Notes: generated from the sequence alone by a model not told the origin. Positions 40,155 to 53,392 are shown, counted from the stretch's first letter. The stretch is 64,000 nt of DNA from Eledone cirrhosa (GCA_964016885.1 OZ024745.1:57412001-57476000); one strand, 5' to 3'. Numbers and translations are program-made.

Positions 40155-40520
40155 TCAGGCTACCAGGTCATGGCATGAGAGAATAGGGAAATAATTACAC
40201 TGGGGAATATGCAGATTTTTAGGATAACAAAACAGAGAAAAACTAGTTGAAGCATCACCCAGGTGCAGTAACCGGAGGCAAGAATATGCCAATCCAATAG
40301 GGTTCCTCTGTGAACTCCGACAAAATGATCGCGGTCGATCGACATGTAGGATCATAAAAATGAAACATGCTTTTATTTGCCATGAGCATTTCATCAGATC
40401 TTAACATAGCCTCGGTGTCATAAATTTAAATTGTTAAAATCTGGCACCTTAAAGCCTGTACAATACCATTCAATGGTAACTGAAATATTTATACCAGATA
40501 CATGAAAAGCCGCCACCACT
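40155..40520 (+). mobile_element. Very decayed LINE 3' fragment, possibly RTE clade
   Basis: Broken-frame peptides WHERIG, FLCELRQNDRGR and LKACTIP resemble the RTE ORF C-terminus as I recall it; not searched. Confidence 0.4.
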
Positions 40521-41675
40521 GCAATATATGAAGAAAATAGTGCTGACTTGTATTATCCATGGCTTGAAATGAACATTAACACTCTAAATAGCTTGCAAAT
40601 ACTTATACTGTGTTTTTGTTTGTTTGTTTGTTTTTGCGCCCTTATGGTATCACTTTTATACCAATTGATTATTAAATATTTGTATTACCAAATTTTACCA
40701 CAGGTGCCAGATTGACAATCGGCAAGATATAGAAAAGAAGCAGGATAGAAAGGAATATTCAAATAATAAAAATAATAAAATGAAGTTCAAAAAGATCAAT
40801 TTTGAGGTAATGATTTCTTGGTTAGATTTTCATCGATTATACTATGAATCTTTAATTGTTTTGTTATAGATGTTAAAGTTCTGTACAGATTGATTTTACA
40901 AACACTTTTGCAATATTCCAGGCATCAAATCACAATCTGCCAGAGGTACAAATGATATTTCTCCTAGAGGTTGAACATGATTTCTTAAACTATGATAGTC
41001 ATTAAATTCATGAAGCGATAGTAATTATTTCTTAATGATCTATAACAATAAAAAAGAAGTTTAGAACGAGACAAGAGAGTGGTTATTATTCTGGTATTGT
41101 CAGCATATGAAATTTCCTATAAATATTTTTATTCTTTGCTATAATTGAGAGTATACCAATCAGTAGACCATGAACTACATCGGATATCCGGTTTTTGATT
41201 ATTCTATGAAAGCAAAACACAATATATAAAAATCTAATTATGGATTGTCGCATTGTTTAATTAAGATTCTATTGGTGTTCCAAATGAATGCGCATTGATT
41301 TTCCATTTCGCACAACTTAAAACAGAAGCCACATGCATCATTAAACAAACTTTTTAGTAATGAATTAATTTTGCCTCATCATTTTAATTCATAAGTCTTA
41401 GAATTGTTGATGCCTTTTGTTTATTAAAATGAATGTGATTATTTTGATAGTGGTATATTAGTTTTTTGGCAGATTTATTAAATTATCAAACAAAAGAGTT
41501 AACATGTTTGATCTGGGTTGTTATGTTTAGAGTTAAATTCTCATTATTGTCATGTTAGCTTTCATCATAACATGATCGCCAATATATAGTGAAAATGAAA
41601 TATTGAGGATGAAATTACCGATTTCGCCCTCTCATGAAATTGCTCGCCTGATGGGGGACAGGATTAAGTAACATT

Positions 41676-41717
<42 letters not shown>

Positions 41718-41787
41718 ATGTGTGTGTGTGTGTGTGTATGTGTGTGTATATATATATATATATATATGTATGTATATATATAGTGTA

Positions 41788-41858
41788 GAACCTGACAGAG
41801 ATTGAACCCATGACCAGGAGTTTCACCGTCTCTAATACATACCACTAGGCTGCCGAGA
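41788..41858 (-). other. tRNA-like sequence (SINE head or tRNA pseudogene)
   Basis: The minus strand reads CTCGGCAGCCTAGTGGTATG...GGGTTCAATCTCTGTCAGGTTC, with A- and B-box-like motifs but a poor cloverleaf. Confidence 0.35.
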
Positions 41859-42158
41859 TAGATATATATATAAGATTGATGATGCCGAAACTACACAGAG
41901 GCTCCGGGAGGGATCAAACCATGACAATTTAAATGTGAACATCACAACACTTACATAAATGAGATGTAACTAGTGGAGGAAGCTAAATGTTATCGGCTAC
42001 ATATTGTCGGGGTTTCTTCCATAAATTTCCGTGGCTCTTATATGTAGATTTGGAGGGAGGATGGAAACTCCACTAGTCTGGTGTGACGCCAAAAATTAGT
42101 GCATATGGGAGGCAACACCGCTTTGATAAAATGTTTTGGCCGAGTATATATTTATATA

Positions 42159-42199
<41 letters not shown>

Positions 42200-42270
42200 G
42201 TGAGGCTTTTTTTTTTTTTTTTTTTTTTTACAAAATGAAAAATAACCGAGGTGTCCTACACGAGTGGAGG

Positions 42271-42832
42271 TATAAAGAAAAAGGGATGAAATCGAAAATG
42301 CAACTGAAGTCTTATTTTTTTTCAAATATATATATTTATTTGGTTCCTTTACCGGTTTCGCAGTTCTTCTGCTTTTCAAAAGGTGAGTTGAGATGGAGGC
42401 TCTGTGGTTTTTCTCACATCTGGTTGGTCTCTAAATGTTACTTATTTTATATGGAAAAAGTGGCTCGAAAGCCAGGTTTTTCGAGAAGTAATTTGATTGG
42501 TTTGTCAATAATTATAATAAATTTCGCGCCAGTTCGCGTTACAATAGTTCTTCAAATAAGAGAGGGGGGGGTGGGGTTGTCCAGGTTGTTTTTTCATATA
42601 TGAGTGTTTGAATTTCTTTTTACTTGAAAAAAACCTGGCTTTCGAGCCACTTTTTCCATATAAAATAAGTAACATTTAGAGACCAACCAGATGTGAGAAA
42701 AACCACAGACCCTCCATCTCAACTCACCTTTTGCAAAGCAGAAGAACTGCGAAACCGGTAAAGGAACCAAATAAATATATATATTTACAAAAAAATAAGA
42801 CTTCAGTTGCATTTTCGATTTCATCCCTTTTT

Positions 42833-42839
<7 letters not shown>
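42271..42839. mobile_element. ~210-bp inverted repeat pair (inverted pLTR-like element) with a decayed hammerhead in each arm
   Basis: 42271-42481 is the near-exact reverse complement of 42629-42839. 42727-42764(+) reads CCTT-TTGCAAA-GCAG-AAGAA-CTGC-GAAA-CCGG-TA-AAGG. Confidence 0.8.
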
Positions 42840-42907
<68 letters not shown>

Positions 42908-42912
<5 letters not shown>

Positions 42913-43166
42913 TAGTAAGTAAAAAGGAAATGAAAATGGTGACAAATTTTTCCAAGTGAAAAATAGTTTAATTAGTAATAAGTATTAGTTAGTATTCAGT
43001 TTTAGTTTTAAGTTTTTACGGGTTGTACATTTCTTATGCTTTTCAAAAATAATTTTGAGATAGAGTGCTCGTGATTTTTGAATACTTATTTCTAATTATT
43101 CCTAATTAAACTATTTTTCACTGGGAAAAATTTGCCAGCATTTTCTTTTCCTCTTTACTAATATAT
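42908..43166. repeat. Inverted repeat element with ~75-bp diverged arms
   Basis: ATTAGTAA...GTGAAAAATAGTTTAATTAG pairs with CTAATTAAACTATTTTTCAC...TTACTAAT. Confidence 0.75.
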
Positions 43167-43219
43167 CACAACTCGAGTGTCACACCTCTATTTTTTTAAA
43201 ATATATATATATATATATA

Positions 43220-43405
43220 TAGAATAGCTTTCACCGTATTTTTGACTAAAGGAATTTTAGCCTGATAATGGGGTTTAGAACCCTCAGATAAATGGAAAAA
43301 GTCCCATGTACGTCAATACTAATCTTTTTCCATTTATCTGAGGGTTCTAAACCCCATTATCAGGCTAAAATTCTTTTAGTCAAAAATACGGTGAAAGCTA
43401 TTCTA
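43220..43405. repeat. Near-perfect hairpin with 82-bp arms and a 22-bp loop, next to (TA)n
   Basis: 43220-43301 pairs with 43324-43405; one mismatch seen. Confidence 0.92.
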
Positions 43406-44821
43406 TTTTCTAATTTCAAACCTGCTCACTGTTTCAAAACATACTTACTTGCCAGTATATATATTTGTGATATAGCACTTTGTTATAGTACTTCATTCGA
43501 TATCCAATCGGAATTCAACGCTATCTGGTTGGTGAGGACAAGACCACTCCATATGTGTAGCAAGCGCCTGCTTGCATGAAGGTCAGGAAAAAGAGACACA
43601 TTTTATGCATTGCTATCATGATTACTATAATTCACTTCTGGCATTAAGGCAGTAAATACCGGCCATATAGTCTTGAGTGTAATCGTTCATCGCGTTATTC
43701 CTGCGGGCCTTTACCAACATATCTTTCCTCGGGTGTAACTTACATATCCGATTCCTATTTTATTTAAAATCATCCACTATGTACATACAAGGACTCAAAC
43801 AAAAAGACACAAATTATGATACGTAAATGGATGTGAAATCGCACACATCGCACACATTCTCACATTTTTTCAATAACGAATTTAATACCTTTTAAAATGA
43901 AAATAGTATTTCATGCTCTGTTGAAAGAAACAAATGATTGGAGGCATATTTTCAAACATCAATTTCACTATTAAGTAGTATGTTGTCTTTTGTCTTGATG
44001 TCTAGATGCATACGACGAAGCATGCTGGATAGAGGAACCTGTCAATATTCATTTAAATGTTCTTTGATACATACTGATTGGTGCTTCAACGCAAACGCCC
44101 GCGTGGCAGCCAGGAAACACGGTGGATAGTGAGGGGGAAAACTCCATTCGCTGCCAAATTCTATATCGGAAAAAACGTAAATGCACTCGACAGAAAATAA
44201 ATATTTCCCCGCCATGATTACTCTACACTTGATTAGAATCACTTTTTATCAAAAACATATTTACAAATTCATTCAGCTCGGAGGTAAATGGACCACCGAA
44301 ATATATATATATATATTAGAAGGATCGACGATAACTATATACATAATTAAAACCAAGTGCAATTTGTAATGTTAACGCTTACTTTACTAATATACGTGTG
44401 AACTAATATACGTGTGAACCTGTCACTCCTTGACTATGAGTATGTTAACAGAATGTGTAACCAAGCATATTTAAAATATATATGTATAATGTATTTTCTC
44501 TTTCGTTGTATATATTTTCAAAGGATTTCGTTTAGCTGCCAAATTAAAACACGTTTAATATTAATAGGCTCTATGTATATTTTATTTTTTCGACTTTTCC
44601 ATCTAGCGCCTCTTTCTCAACAAGGGAAGGTGTTATATCATGCTAAGTCATTTTCTATTCACATGATATTTGTTATACACAATGTATTATTTTCATTATT
44701 AGATGTAGTTTAATTTGAACATCACCAATGTCTTATCAGATGGATGCAATTCGAATTATTTTTTCATACGAACATATTAATGGCAGGTAGCTCTTCGGCA
44801 TTCCTTTTATAATTATAATAA

Positions 44822-45008
44822 TTGTTTCTACATTTGGCACAAGGCCAGCAATTACCCAGTACATTACTGGTACTTTATTTTATCGACCCCGTAAGGATGA
44901 AAGGCAAAGTTAACCTCGGTGGGATTTGAACTCAGTTTGTAAAGAGACGTAACTATGCTAGAAAGCATGGTGTCTGACCCTCTACTGATACTGCCAATCC
45001 ACCACCAA
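44822..45008 (-). mobile_element. tRNA-derived SINE
   Basis: Same family. TSD TTTTATAATTATAATAA at 44805-44821 and 45009-45025. Confidence 0.9.
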
Positions 45009-45671
45009 TTTTATAATTATAATAACATTTTGTTTCTATATCCTTATATTCAATTCTAAACAGAAATGTTGAAATCTAAGATGTATCCCTCATATATATG
45101 ATTTAGATTTGTATCATTTCAAACCCGTTCAAGAAACCCTTTTAAAATATTATTTACTTTTCATTTTGTATTCCCTCCATCTCAAAGAAACAAAAACATT
45201 TGCGTCGAGGAATAATTAGCATCTCATATGAAAAACTATAGGTTATAACGTTTTCTCATGAGAAAACAATATACATAGAAACCATGAATATAAGAGCAAG
45301 ATGTATATAAGGAAAGAGTATCATTATATATGTTCTCTATACATTGACAGGAGTAAACATACAACAATTTAGATGGTAAAAAGGTTCTTTGTTTCAAAGT
45401 TCTTTGTTTCTACATGCAGAAGAAGATAGCCGAGTTTGCTGCAGATGCCTGTGCTTGATATGTACGTTAAGAGAATATTCTGTTATCCATAATATACTAC
45501 ATGTGGCATGACTATATAATGAACATGATACAGGTTAGGCAGTCTCTCCATTATGATGATGGACGAAATTACTTAACGACGCAATAAAACATTATCTCTC
45601 TCCCTCTATATTCATGCACACGCACACACATACACACACACGCACACATTTATATATATATATATATATAA

Positions 45672-45923
45672 AGAATTAGTATATCTACCAACATATATAT
45701 ACAGATGCATACCTATGCTAGCAAATATATAGGTTTTGTCTTAGTAACTTTGTGGTTCAATGCAAGGGGATGCAGAACAATTATATAAAAGACGTAAAAT
45801 AAGAAAATTATAAAAATTAACTTACTTACTAAGATTTCACTCCAACTAATTAGTTTCTGAAAGGGAATAAACATGGTTTCCGAATGGAACAACATGGAGA
45901 ATACCTTTCGTCATCAGGAAGTC
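45672..45923. repeat. Interspersed repeat related to 48893-49030, with a hammerhead-like core at 45869-45923(-)
   Basis: Shares AAAATTAACTTACTTACTAA.A.TTTCACTCCAACTAATTAGTTT (direct) and AGAATTAGTATATCTACCAACATAT (inverted) with 48893-49030. Confidence 0.7.
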
Positions 45924-48225
45924 AATTCTCAGCTAAGTTCGCAGGCGTTGCGTGGACACATATATATATGAATGCCTGTATGTTAACATGTATGTATGCA
46001 TATTTTCGTTGCTGTGATAGGTAGTTCATCCCCGTGTGTACGCTGTTACCGGATAGCGCTAGATCATATATTCTTCTTCACTGACAGGTCTTACAACGAA
46101 ATACGGACTAATGATATCTTGCTGAGTTATATGAGAGTATAACAAGTTAGATTATTGTGTGTAATTATATGTATATATAATAATATTGTTAACCGCCATT
46201 TATGTTCTTTCCAGGTACCAAAGTTAAGCATATTTATAATGTAGTACAATTCTTACAATTATTTTCTACTTTTCATATTGCCCGAAGAACATATAAAAAG
46301 AAAATTAATATTGCTATAATTTATTTTGATCTGCCACGAAATGAAATATGCTGGCTCATCGACATGCTTTTCATACATATATGAAATGTTGATCGTATAC
46401 TTTACGTCTAAAAAAAGGAACAGTTTATACATGCTAATACACTTGGTTTATATCTGATGGAGTGAATCGTTAAACATAAATAATCATCAAGATTTGTTTT
46501 GTATTTAACTGCAGATGTTAGACTACACACATACATTTCGGTTAAGTAAACAACCAACTGTCATTAGAATATATTTGACCAGATGAGTAACGAGAGTATT
46601 TGCACATTATATGCATGTCAGAATTGCATCAGAGCGACCTATTGTTCATGTTCCGTATTATATATTATTAAAAACAAACTTTCATGTGAACATCGAAACT
46701 GTTCAACCGAAATAATATCCAACAATATACAGTTAATACAATGGCTTCTAATTTTGGTCCAAATCATGCACTGTGGTGGAATGGAAATTAGGGGATATCA
46801 GCCCCAGTGCATGATTAGCCCCTTATTTTATTAAGAATAAAAGATGAAATGCAAAATACAACTCGGTGAAATTTGAACTCAGAACGTAAAGAAATAAATA
46901 AGATCAGTTGATTGACTTGTGTTTCTATACTATTCAAATCATCCTTGTATTACATCTTAAATGTTCTCCTGAATGTAACACCGCATCACGTCCTATCGTC
47001 TCCTCATAATTATTTATGATTTAATATTGCATCTAACAACACTTGATTCGCTAAAATTGAAACGCATGAAAATATATGCATCGTACAATGCGTGATGCAT
47101 GTTCATCTCAAAGTTATCTCTGTAAAGATGCTTTCCTTAATGACTTAAAATTAAGTGATTATAAGTTAATGTAACTGAGGACAATTATATATATAAAAAT
47201 ATCATCTAAATGATTATACTACGGGAAACTAATTTATAAGGTTTGTGAATACCTTCTAAAGATAAAAGGTATTGATTTTGTATTCATATATGTTCTTATT
47301 TATATATTTATTAAACAATATCCACTTGTATTATCGATTATTTAAATGACCTCCTTTACTATCTGAAATTGATATTTAAAACAATCCAAGCCTTTGGATA
47401 ATCTCGGAGTGGGAGGAATATCATATTGTATATTAAACTAATCAGCTTTATGTAAAATATCGGATTTATTCATACTGGTCTGTATAGGAATAATCGAACC
47501 TCCGTTTAAGCAATGCAAAATATAATTTAAGTATCATAGAAAATACTTAACTATGTATTCATTTGTTTGTATATATTTCTATATTGTTAATGTACTTTTC
47601 GTAGCATGGCGTTCCACGTAGAAGGGTGTGAAATGTGGAGTTGTGTAGAGAACACCTTAACCACAAACACATAGAAACACATCAATGCAAGCAGATAATG
47701 TATTTATATATTTTAAGCAAGTTTATGCACAGAAACACACACACACACAAACACACGCACACACACACACACACTAATGTATAGATACATCTACAGCTAT
47801 CTATCTATCTATTTATCTATCTATCTCATCCTATATATATATATATGTGTGTGTGTGTTTGTGCATGTGTGTGTGTTTGTATGTGTGTGGGTATGTGAAT
47901 ATATATGTGAGTATGTGCGTGTTTATGTTGAAATCCGTAGGATTTCCAAAGAAAAGAGTCGTCAATCTGTTGCAAGATAGCTTGTTTAGTATAATCAAAA
48001 GTTCATACACTTAACATGTATAGGTGACCATTAAATTCGGGATCCATTCATGGCCGCCCCTGTATAATAGAGAAGGCACTTTTATCTGTCCACATGCCCA
48101 AGTAAGGGCCAGTTTAAAAGCGAAAGCGACTCCTCCAATATACTGTGGTGGCAATAGCTGGACAACGAATCAAATGTTCGCACATGTATGTTAAGTGTAT
48201 GGAAATTTATTTATACTATATATAT

Positions 48226-48396
48226 TTGTTTCTACTTTTGGCCAGCAATTATCCCAGTCGATTGCTGGTACTTTATTTTATCGACCCCGTAAGGACGAAA
48301 GGAAAAGTTAACCTCGGCGGGATTTGAAATCAGACCATAAAGGGCCGTAACTCTTTGCTGCATGGCGTCCGGCCCTCTACCGATATTGCCAATCCA
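48226..48396 (-). mobile_element. tRNA-derived SINE
   Basis: Same family core CTGGTACTTTATTTTATCGACCCCGTAAGG...GGATTTGAA. Confidence 0.88.
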
Positions 48397-48531
48397 ATAT
48401 ATATTCTATGTGATTCAATGAATTACTGCTGGTGGTATCAAGACACACAAGCCATGCAAAGTCAGAGAGTATATACTAAAGAAAACACTGAGTTTCGTTT
48501 ACAAGTGTAAATATTTTTTATTCGAGTATCG

Positions 48532-48623
48532 ACCTGTTACGCGCGTTTCCCAGACGATTGGCTCAGGATAACCCATAGGAGTTATAGATACGTCCCCATT
48601 ATCTATGTGCTCTTCAGACAGGT
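48532..48623 (-). ncRNA. Type I hammerhead ribozyme-like motif with a long (~60 nt) domain II
   Basis: The minus strand reads ACCTGT-CTGAAGA-[~60 nt]-GAAA-CGCGCG-TA-ACAGGT: a 6-bp stem I, palindromic stem III (ACGCGCGT) and GUA triplet. The closing pair of stem II is imperfect. Confidence 0.65.
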
Positions 48624-48689
48624 GATGCGCAAAAAATTATAGTGTTTATTGTAGGTATTTGGGTGTTGTATTGGAATATATAAATGGGT

Positions 48690-48856
<167 letters not shown>

Positions 48857-49030
48857 TTGTGTGTGTATGTATGAATGTATATATATATAAATATATGAAA
48901 GACGTAAAGTAAGACAATTAAAAAAATAATTGAAAATTAACTTACTTACTAAAATTTTCACTCCAACTAATTAGTTTATGTAATTAGTGTACATCTGTAC
49001 GCATATGTTGGTAGATATACTAATTCTCTC

Positions 49031-49077
<47 letters not shown>

Positions 49078-49146
49078 GTACATACATATATGTATACAGA
49101 CTTACAGTAGTGTCCAGCAACCATCATTGCTCGTTTGTTCAACACT

Positions 49147-49211
49147 AACAAAGGAACGCTGTACTAGTTTCAAGCTTATTAGCTATCGTCAGCAACGTAT
49201 ACCTTCCTGCC
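49147..49211 (-). ncRNA. Type I hammerhead ribozyme motif, copy 1
   Basis: Reverse complement of CGTTG-CTGACGA-TAGCT-AATA-AGCTT-GAAA-CTAG-TA-CAGCG. Confidence 0.8.
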
Positions 49212-49603
49212 AGATTGTTGAACGTATATACTTACCTTGTGCATATTAACGGCTGAGAAGCCCAATTTTCATATCGAGTGGGTTAATCGGCCGGGTGCAC
49301 CGAAAACGATAAACGGAGAAAATGACACACGGAGCATTATAATAAATGTTCGGTGAATCCATACGCACATATATATATATGTGTGCATGTATGTATATAT
49401 ATACATACTACTGTACGTCTGTATACATATATGTATGTACGTGTACATACTTATTTTTAAGTAACAGCCGTACTAAGAATGGGCAATGAAATTTCGTTTC
49501 ATTTTTCCGTTTATCGTTTTCGGTGCACCCGGCCGATTAACACACTCGATATGCAAATTAGGCTTCTCAGCCGTTAATATGCACAAGGTAAGTTCAACAA
49601 TCT

Positions 49604-49668
49604 GGCAGGAAGGTATACGTTGCTGACGATAGCTAATAAGCTTGAAACTAGTACAGCGTTCCTTTGTC
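49604..49668 (+). ncRNA. Type I hammerhead ribozyme motif, copy 2 (predicted cleavage after A49653)
   Basis: Stem I CGTTG/CAGCG, extended by GGAA/TTCC across a GGTATA bulge. CTGACGA at 49623-49629, stem II AGCT/AGCT, GAAA at 49644-49647, palindromic stem III ACTAGT, GUA triplet. Confidence 0.82.
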
Positions 49669-49933
49669 AGTGTTGAACAAACGAGCAACGATGGTTACTG
49701 GACACTACGGCTTAATACGGGATGTTTGTTTACAAACACACCGAGTATTATAATAAATGTTCGGTGAATCCATACGTACATATATATATGTGTGCATGTA
49801 TGTATATATATATACATACTACGGTACGTCTGTATACATATATGTATACATATATGTATGTACGTGTACATACTTATTTTTAAGTAACAACCGTACTAAG
49901 AGTGGGAAATGAAATTTCGTTTCATTTTTTTCC

Positions 49934-49967
<34 letters not shown>

Positions 49968-49974
<7 letters not shown>

Positions 49975-50928
49975 TATAGAGAAAAATACTGCATGTAGCA
50001 CATGGGTAACATGTAATAAAATAAGTCCCTCATCAGTGATTTGCCGAAGATCATAGATATTTCATTGCATTAAAAATCATATATCTCACTTCGGTGCAAT
50101 AATAACCAAAATAAGTTATTAGGACAATTAAAACGCGTAAAGCGAGTGAGACAGGAGAACAACAGAAAATATAGCATACCGTAGGGGAGAAACAAGCTTC
50201 AAAAATTATTCTGTTTAGCATAAGCTAGGTGAATATATGAGCGCTTAGAGAATAGAACCTACACGAACGAGGGCTATGAGCAGAGAGAGAAAAAATAGCG
50301 TTCGTGAGTGCAGGATGAAATGAAGAGAAGAGGGAGAAAAACAGTGAGTGAGTGAAAGTGTGAGGAAGAGTTAACGGACAAGACAGAGGGGGAGAAACAG
50401 AGAGAATGGGGGAACAGTAAGAGAGAGTGAAAAAATACAGAATCGCAGTGGTAAATATATGTATTAAAATATAGAGAAAAATACTGCAGGTAGCACATGG
50501 GTAACATGTAATAAAATAAGTCCCTCATCAGTGATTTGCCGAAGATCATAGATATTTCATTGCATTAAAAATCATATATCTCACTTCGGTGCAATAATAA
50601 CCAAAATAAGTTATTAGGACAATTAAAACGCGTAAAGCGAGTGAGACAGGAGAACAACAGAAAATATAGCATACCGTAGGGGAGAAACAAGCTTCAAAAA
50701 TTATTCTGTTTAGCATAAGCTAGGTGAATATATGAGCGCTTAGAGAATAGAACCTACACGAACGAGGGCTATGAGCAGAGAGAGAAAAAATAGCGTTCGT
50801 GAGTGCAGGATGAAATGAAGAGAAGAGGGAGAAAAACAGTGAGTGAGTGAAAGTGTGAGGAAGAGTTAACGCACAAGACAGAGGGGGAGAAACAGAGAGA
50901 ATGGGGGAACAGTAAGAGAGAGAGAAAA

Positions 50929-50930
<2 letters not shown>
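49968..50930. repeat. 495-bp near-identical tandem dimer flanked by (TA)n
   Basis: ATTAAAATATAGAGAAAAATACTGC occurs at 49968 and 50463. The second copy stops ~25 bp short. Confidence 0.92.
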
Positions 50931-51024
<94 letters not shown>

Positions 51025-51061
51025 AATATAGGTATATATTTATATATATATATATATATAT

Positions 51062-51450
51062 AAGAAAAAAAGTGTTGGTAAAATCCAGTACTTCAGTATA
51101 CGGATAGGGAGCACTCAACGAAGATATAAATTTCGGAGTTATAATAGTGACGAAACATAAATTAGATATGATAGCCATTGTACCTCATCAGGCAGTTAGT
51201 AAGTTCTTAGATATGCCAACTCTGGCTTTTTGGTGTTGATGGTTTTAGAGCCTTGGGACATATGAGCTTGTTAGGGATAATTTAATGTTGTCAGCAGGAA
51301 TAATGTTAATTCTCATTGGTCAGTTTGTAGATGCTAGTGGGATTGGTATTTGACCTCAAAGAGGTTGGCGGTGTTGTAAATTTCAAACCCTTAGGCAAGA
51401 TGACAATAGTTCCATATGACTGATTTTCACGAAAAGCATTCCTGGTCAGA
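51062..51450 (-). mobile_element. Possible decayed Penelope-like element fragment
   Basis: The minus strand encodes ILPKGLKFTTPP (~51365-51400), similar to the LxKGLxFxPxP motif I recall from Penelope-like ORF N-termini. An adjacent CTGATGA-GG...CC-GAAA-TTTATA-TC motif lies at ~51123-51195(-). Confidence 0.4.
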
Positions 51451-53145
51451 TATATATTCAATTGGGGTTTATAGTATGAAATTCGATACTACAGGTCAAT
51501 CTTAAATTGAGGAATTTATGTGGGGTGGTGATACTGAAAATTATGGTTAGAGTCAAATACTTAGAAAGTCTACATATAAAAAGACTTATGTTGGTTGACT
51601 TGTACATACTCACACCCATCCCCCACAGACACACATCTACACATAGAAATCCATACAGATGTTTATATATATGCATGCACACACACGTGCGTACATATAT
51701 ACAAAAGAGGCCCCCAAAAACCAAGTGTATGACAGACATAAAATGAGGTGGGTGTTATATTTAAAGAAAAGTAAAGTGGGTGTTTCGCAAAAAAGAAAAA
51801 TTATTGTTTAAACTAGACAAAAGAAGAGCATGATATATATCTTCACAGCAATAGCTTAGGGGCTTTGGAGCTTAGGCGAATCCCTTAGTACATACATATA
51901 CACGCACGCACCCACACTTGTATACGTCTGGATGCGTGTGTATATCTATATACACATGTGCATTCCTACAAGTGAGCATACACAAGTATACACTCGAACA
52001 TTTTTCAAATGCAACCTGGGGTATTAGTATTTCGTTGCGTTCACATAAGTGCGTACATTCACCTAATCTCGGTATACACACACAACGCACGGTTGCGGAC
52101 ACGCAGTCATGCGTATAGGGTTAGTACCTTAGGATAATCGCTCTTCCCGTGTGGGTTGTAAGTATATAAATATCTATATAGATTAATGAGTGTATAAATA
52201 TAAATATTATTGGTGATTATATGCTGTTATTTTTTATAGATATATAACACACGTATTAATTTGTTTACATTTCTAATATAAGTTACGAAGGATGTTGATT
52301 TTACATTTTAAATATATAGTTAAGAAAAAGATGTAGCTCAAACTTTAAGAGAAGAACATTTTGTACATTGAAATAGTTTCATCAAAAATTGAAAATATTT
52401 AAAGAAAATTATTAAGTAAGCGAAATTACATAGAATTTAACATACAAGTTATTATGTCCATGTTTTCTGAATTCTAAAGGAAAAGATAACTCCAATATTA
52501 TTTGTTAAACTATTAATATTAGATTTGATGAATAATTTTCTTAGAAAATGCGGAAAGAATGTAGAGAAAATTATATATTATTTTGTGTGAGATTATAAGG
52601 TATTTTATATTACATGTTTTCAAGGATGAGTATTTCAATTATATATGTATTTAGATACCATCTACGTCGATAGATGTGTGAAAAGTTTGAAAATTAAACA
52701 GAGGAAAAAATATATTATTAGATAAGTCAAGAGTGCTTTTAGAAGAACTATCGTAAAGAGGATATCATTCAAAATATCAATTAAAAAAGTATCAATCTAA
52801 AAAAATACATTAAGAAGAGTATCAGTAGGAACAGAATATCATTGGTAAAAATATTAATTTATGAAGAAAAAGATCATTTAAAATAACTTGACTAAACAAC
52901 AGAAGCATTTTAAAGAAATATAAGACGTAGTCAAGTGTAATGAATATTATAGATTAAAATACTTCGGAAAGTGGATCTTTGGTGATGTCTGCAAGAACCA
53001 AATAATTCGTTTTTTAAATTAATAGAATTTTGACAGTTAAGTATATATATGCAATTGATATTATACTCCAGAAAACCTATCGAATGCTTCGAATCTGTTA
53101 TAAATATATTTGTTGAATTACCAACAAATTAAATATCCCTTTGCT

Positions 53146-53392
<247 letters not shown>

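Larger units (their letters stand above)
49069..49937. mobile_element. ~415-bp hammerhead-bearing repeat family, locus 1 (partial unit inverted against ~1.5 tandem units)
   Basis: 49069-49325 lies in one orientation and 49326-49937 in the other, with a period of ~411. (TA)n flanks both sides. Confidence 0.85.

Noticed and set aside
42271-42839. Classical MITE/DNA transposon interpretation of the inverted repeats
   Set aside because: There is no recognisable superfamily TIR and the arms contain hammerhead-like motifs, so an inverted pLTR fits better. A TA-target MITE is not fully excluded.
46790-46892. Old SINE-like fragments (also ~41520-41650 and ~58040-58160)
   Set aside because: Too diverged to delimit reliably by eye.
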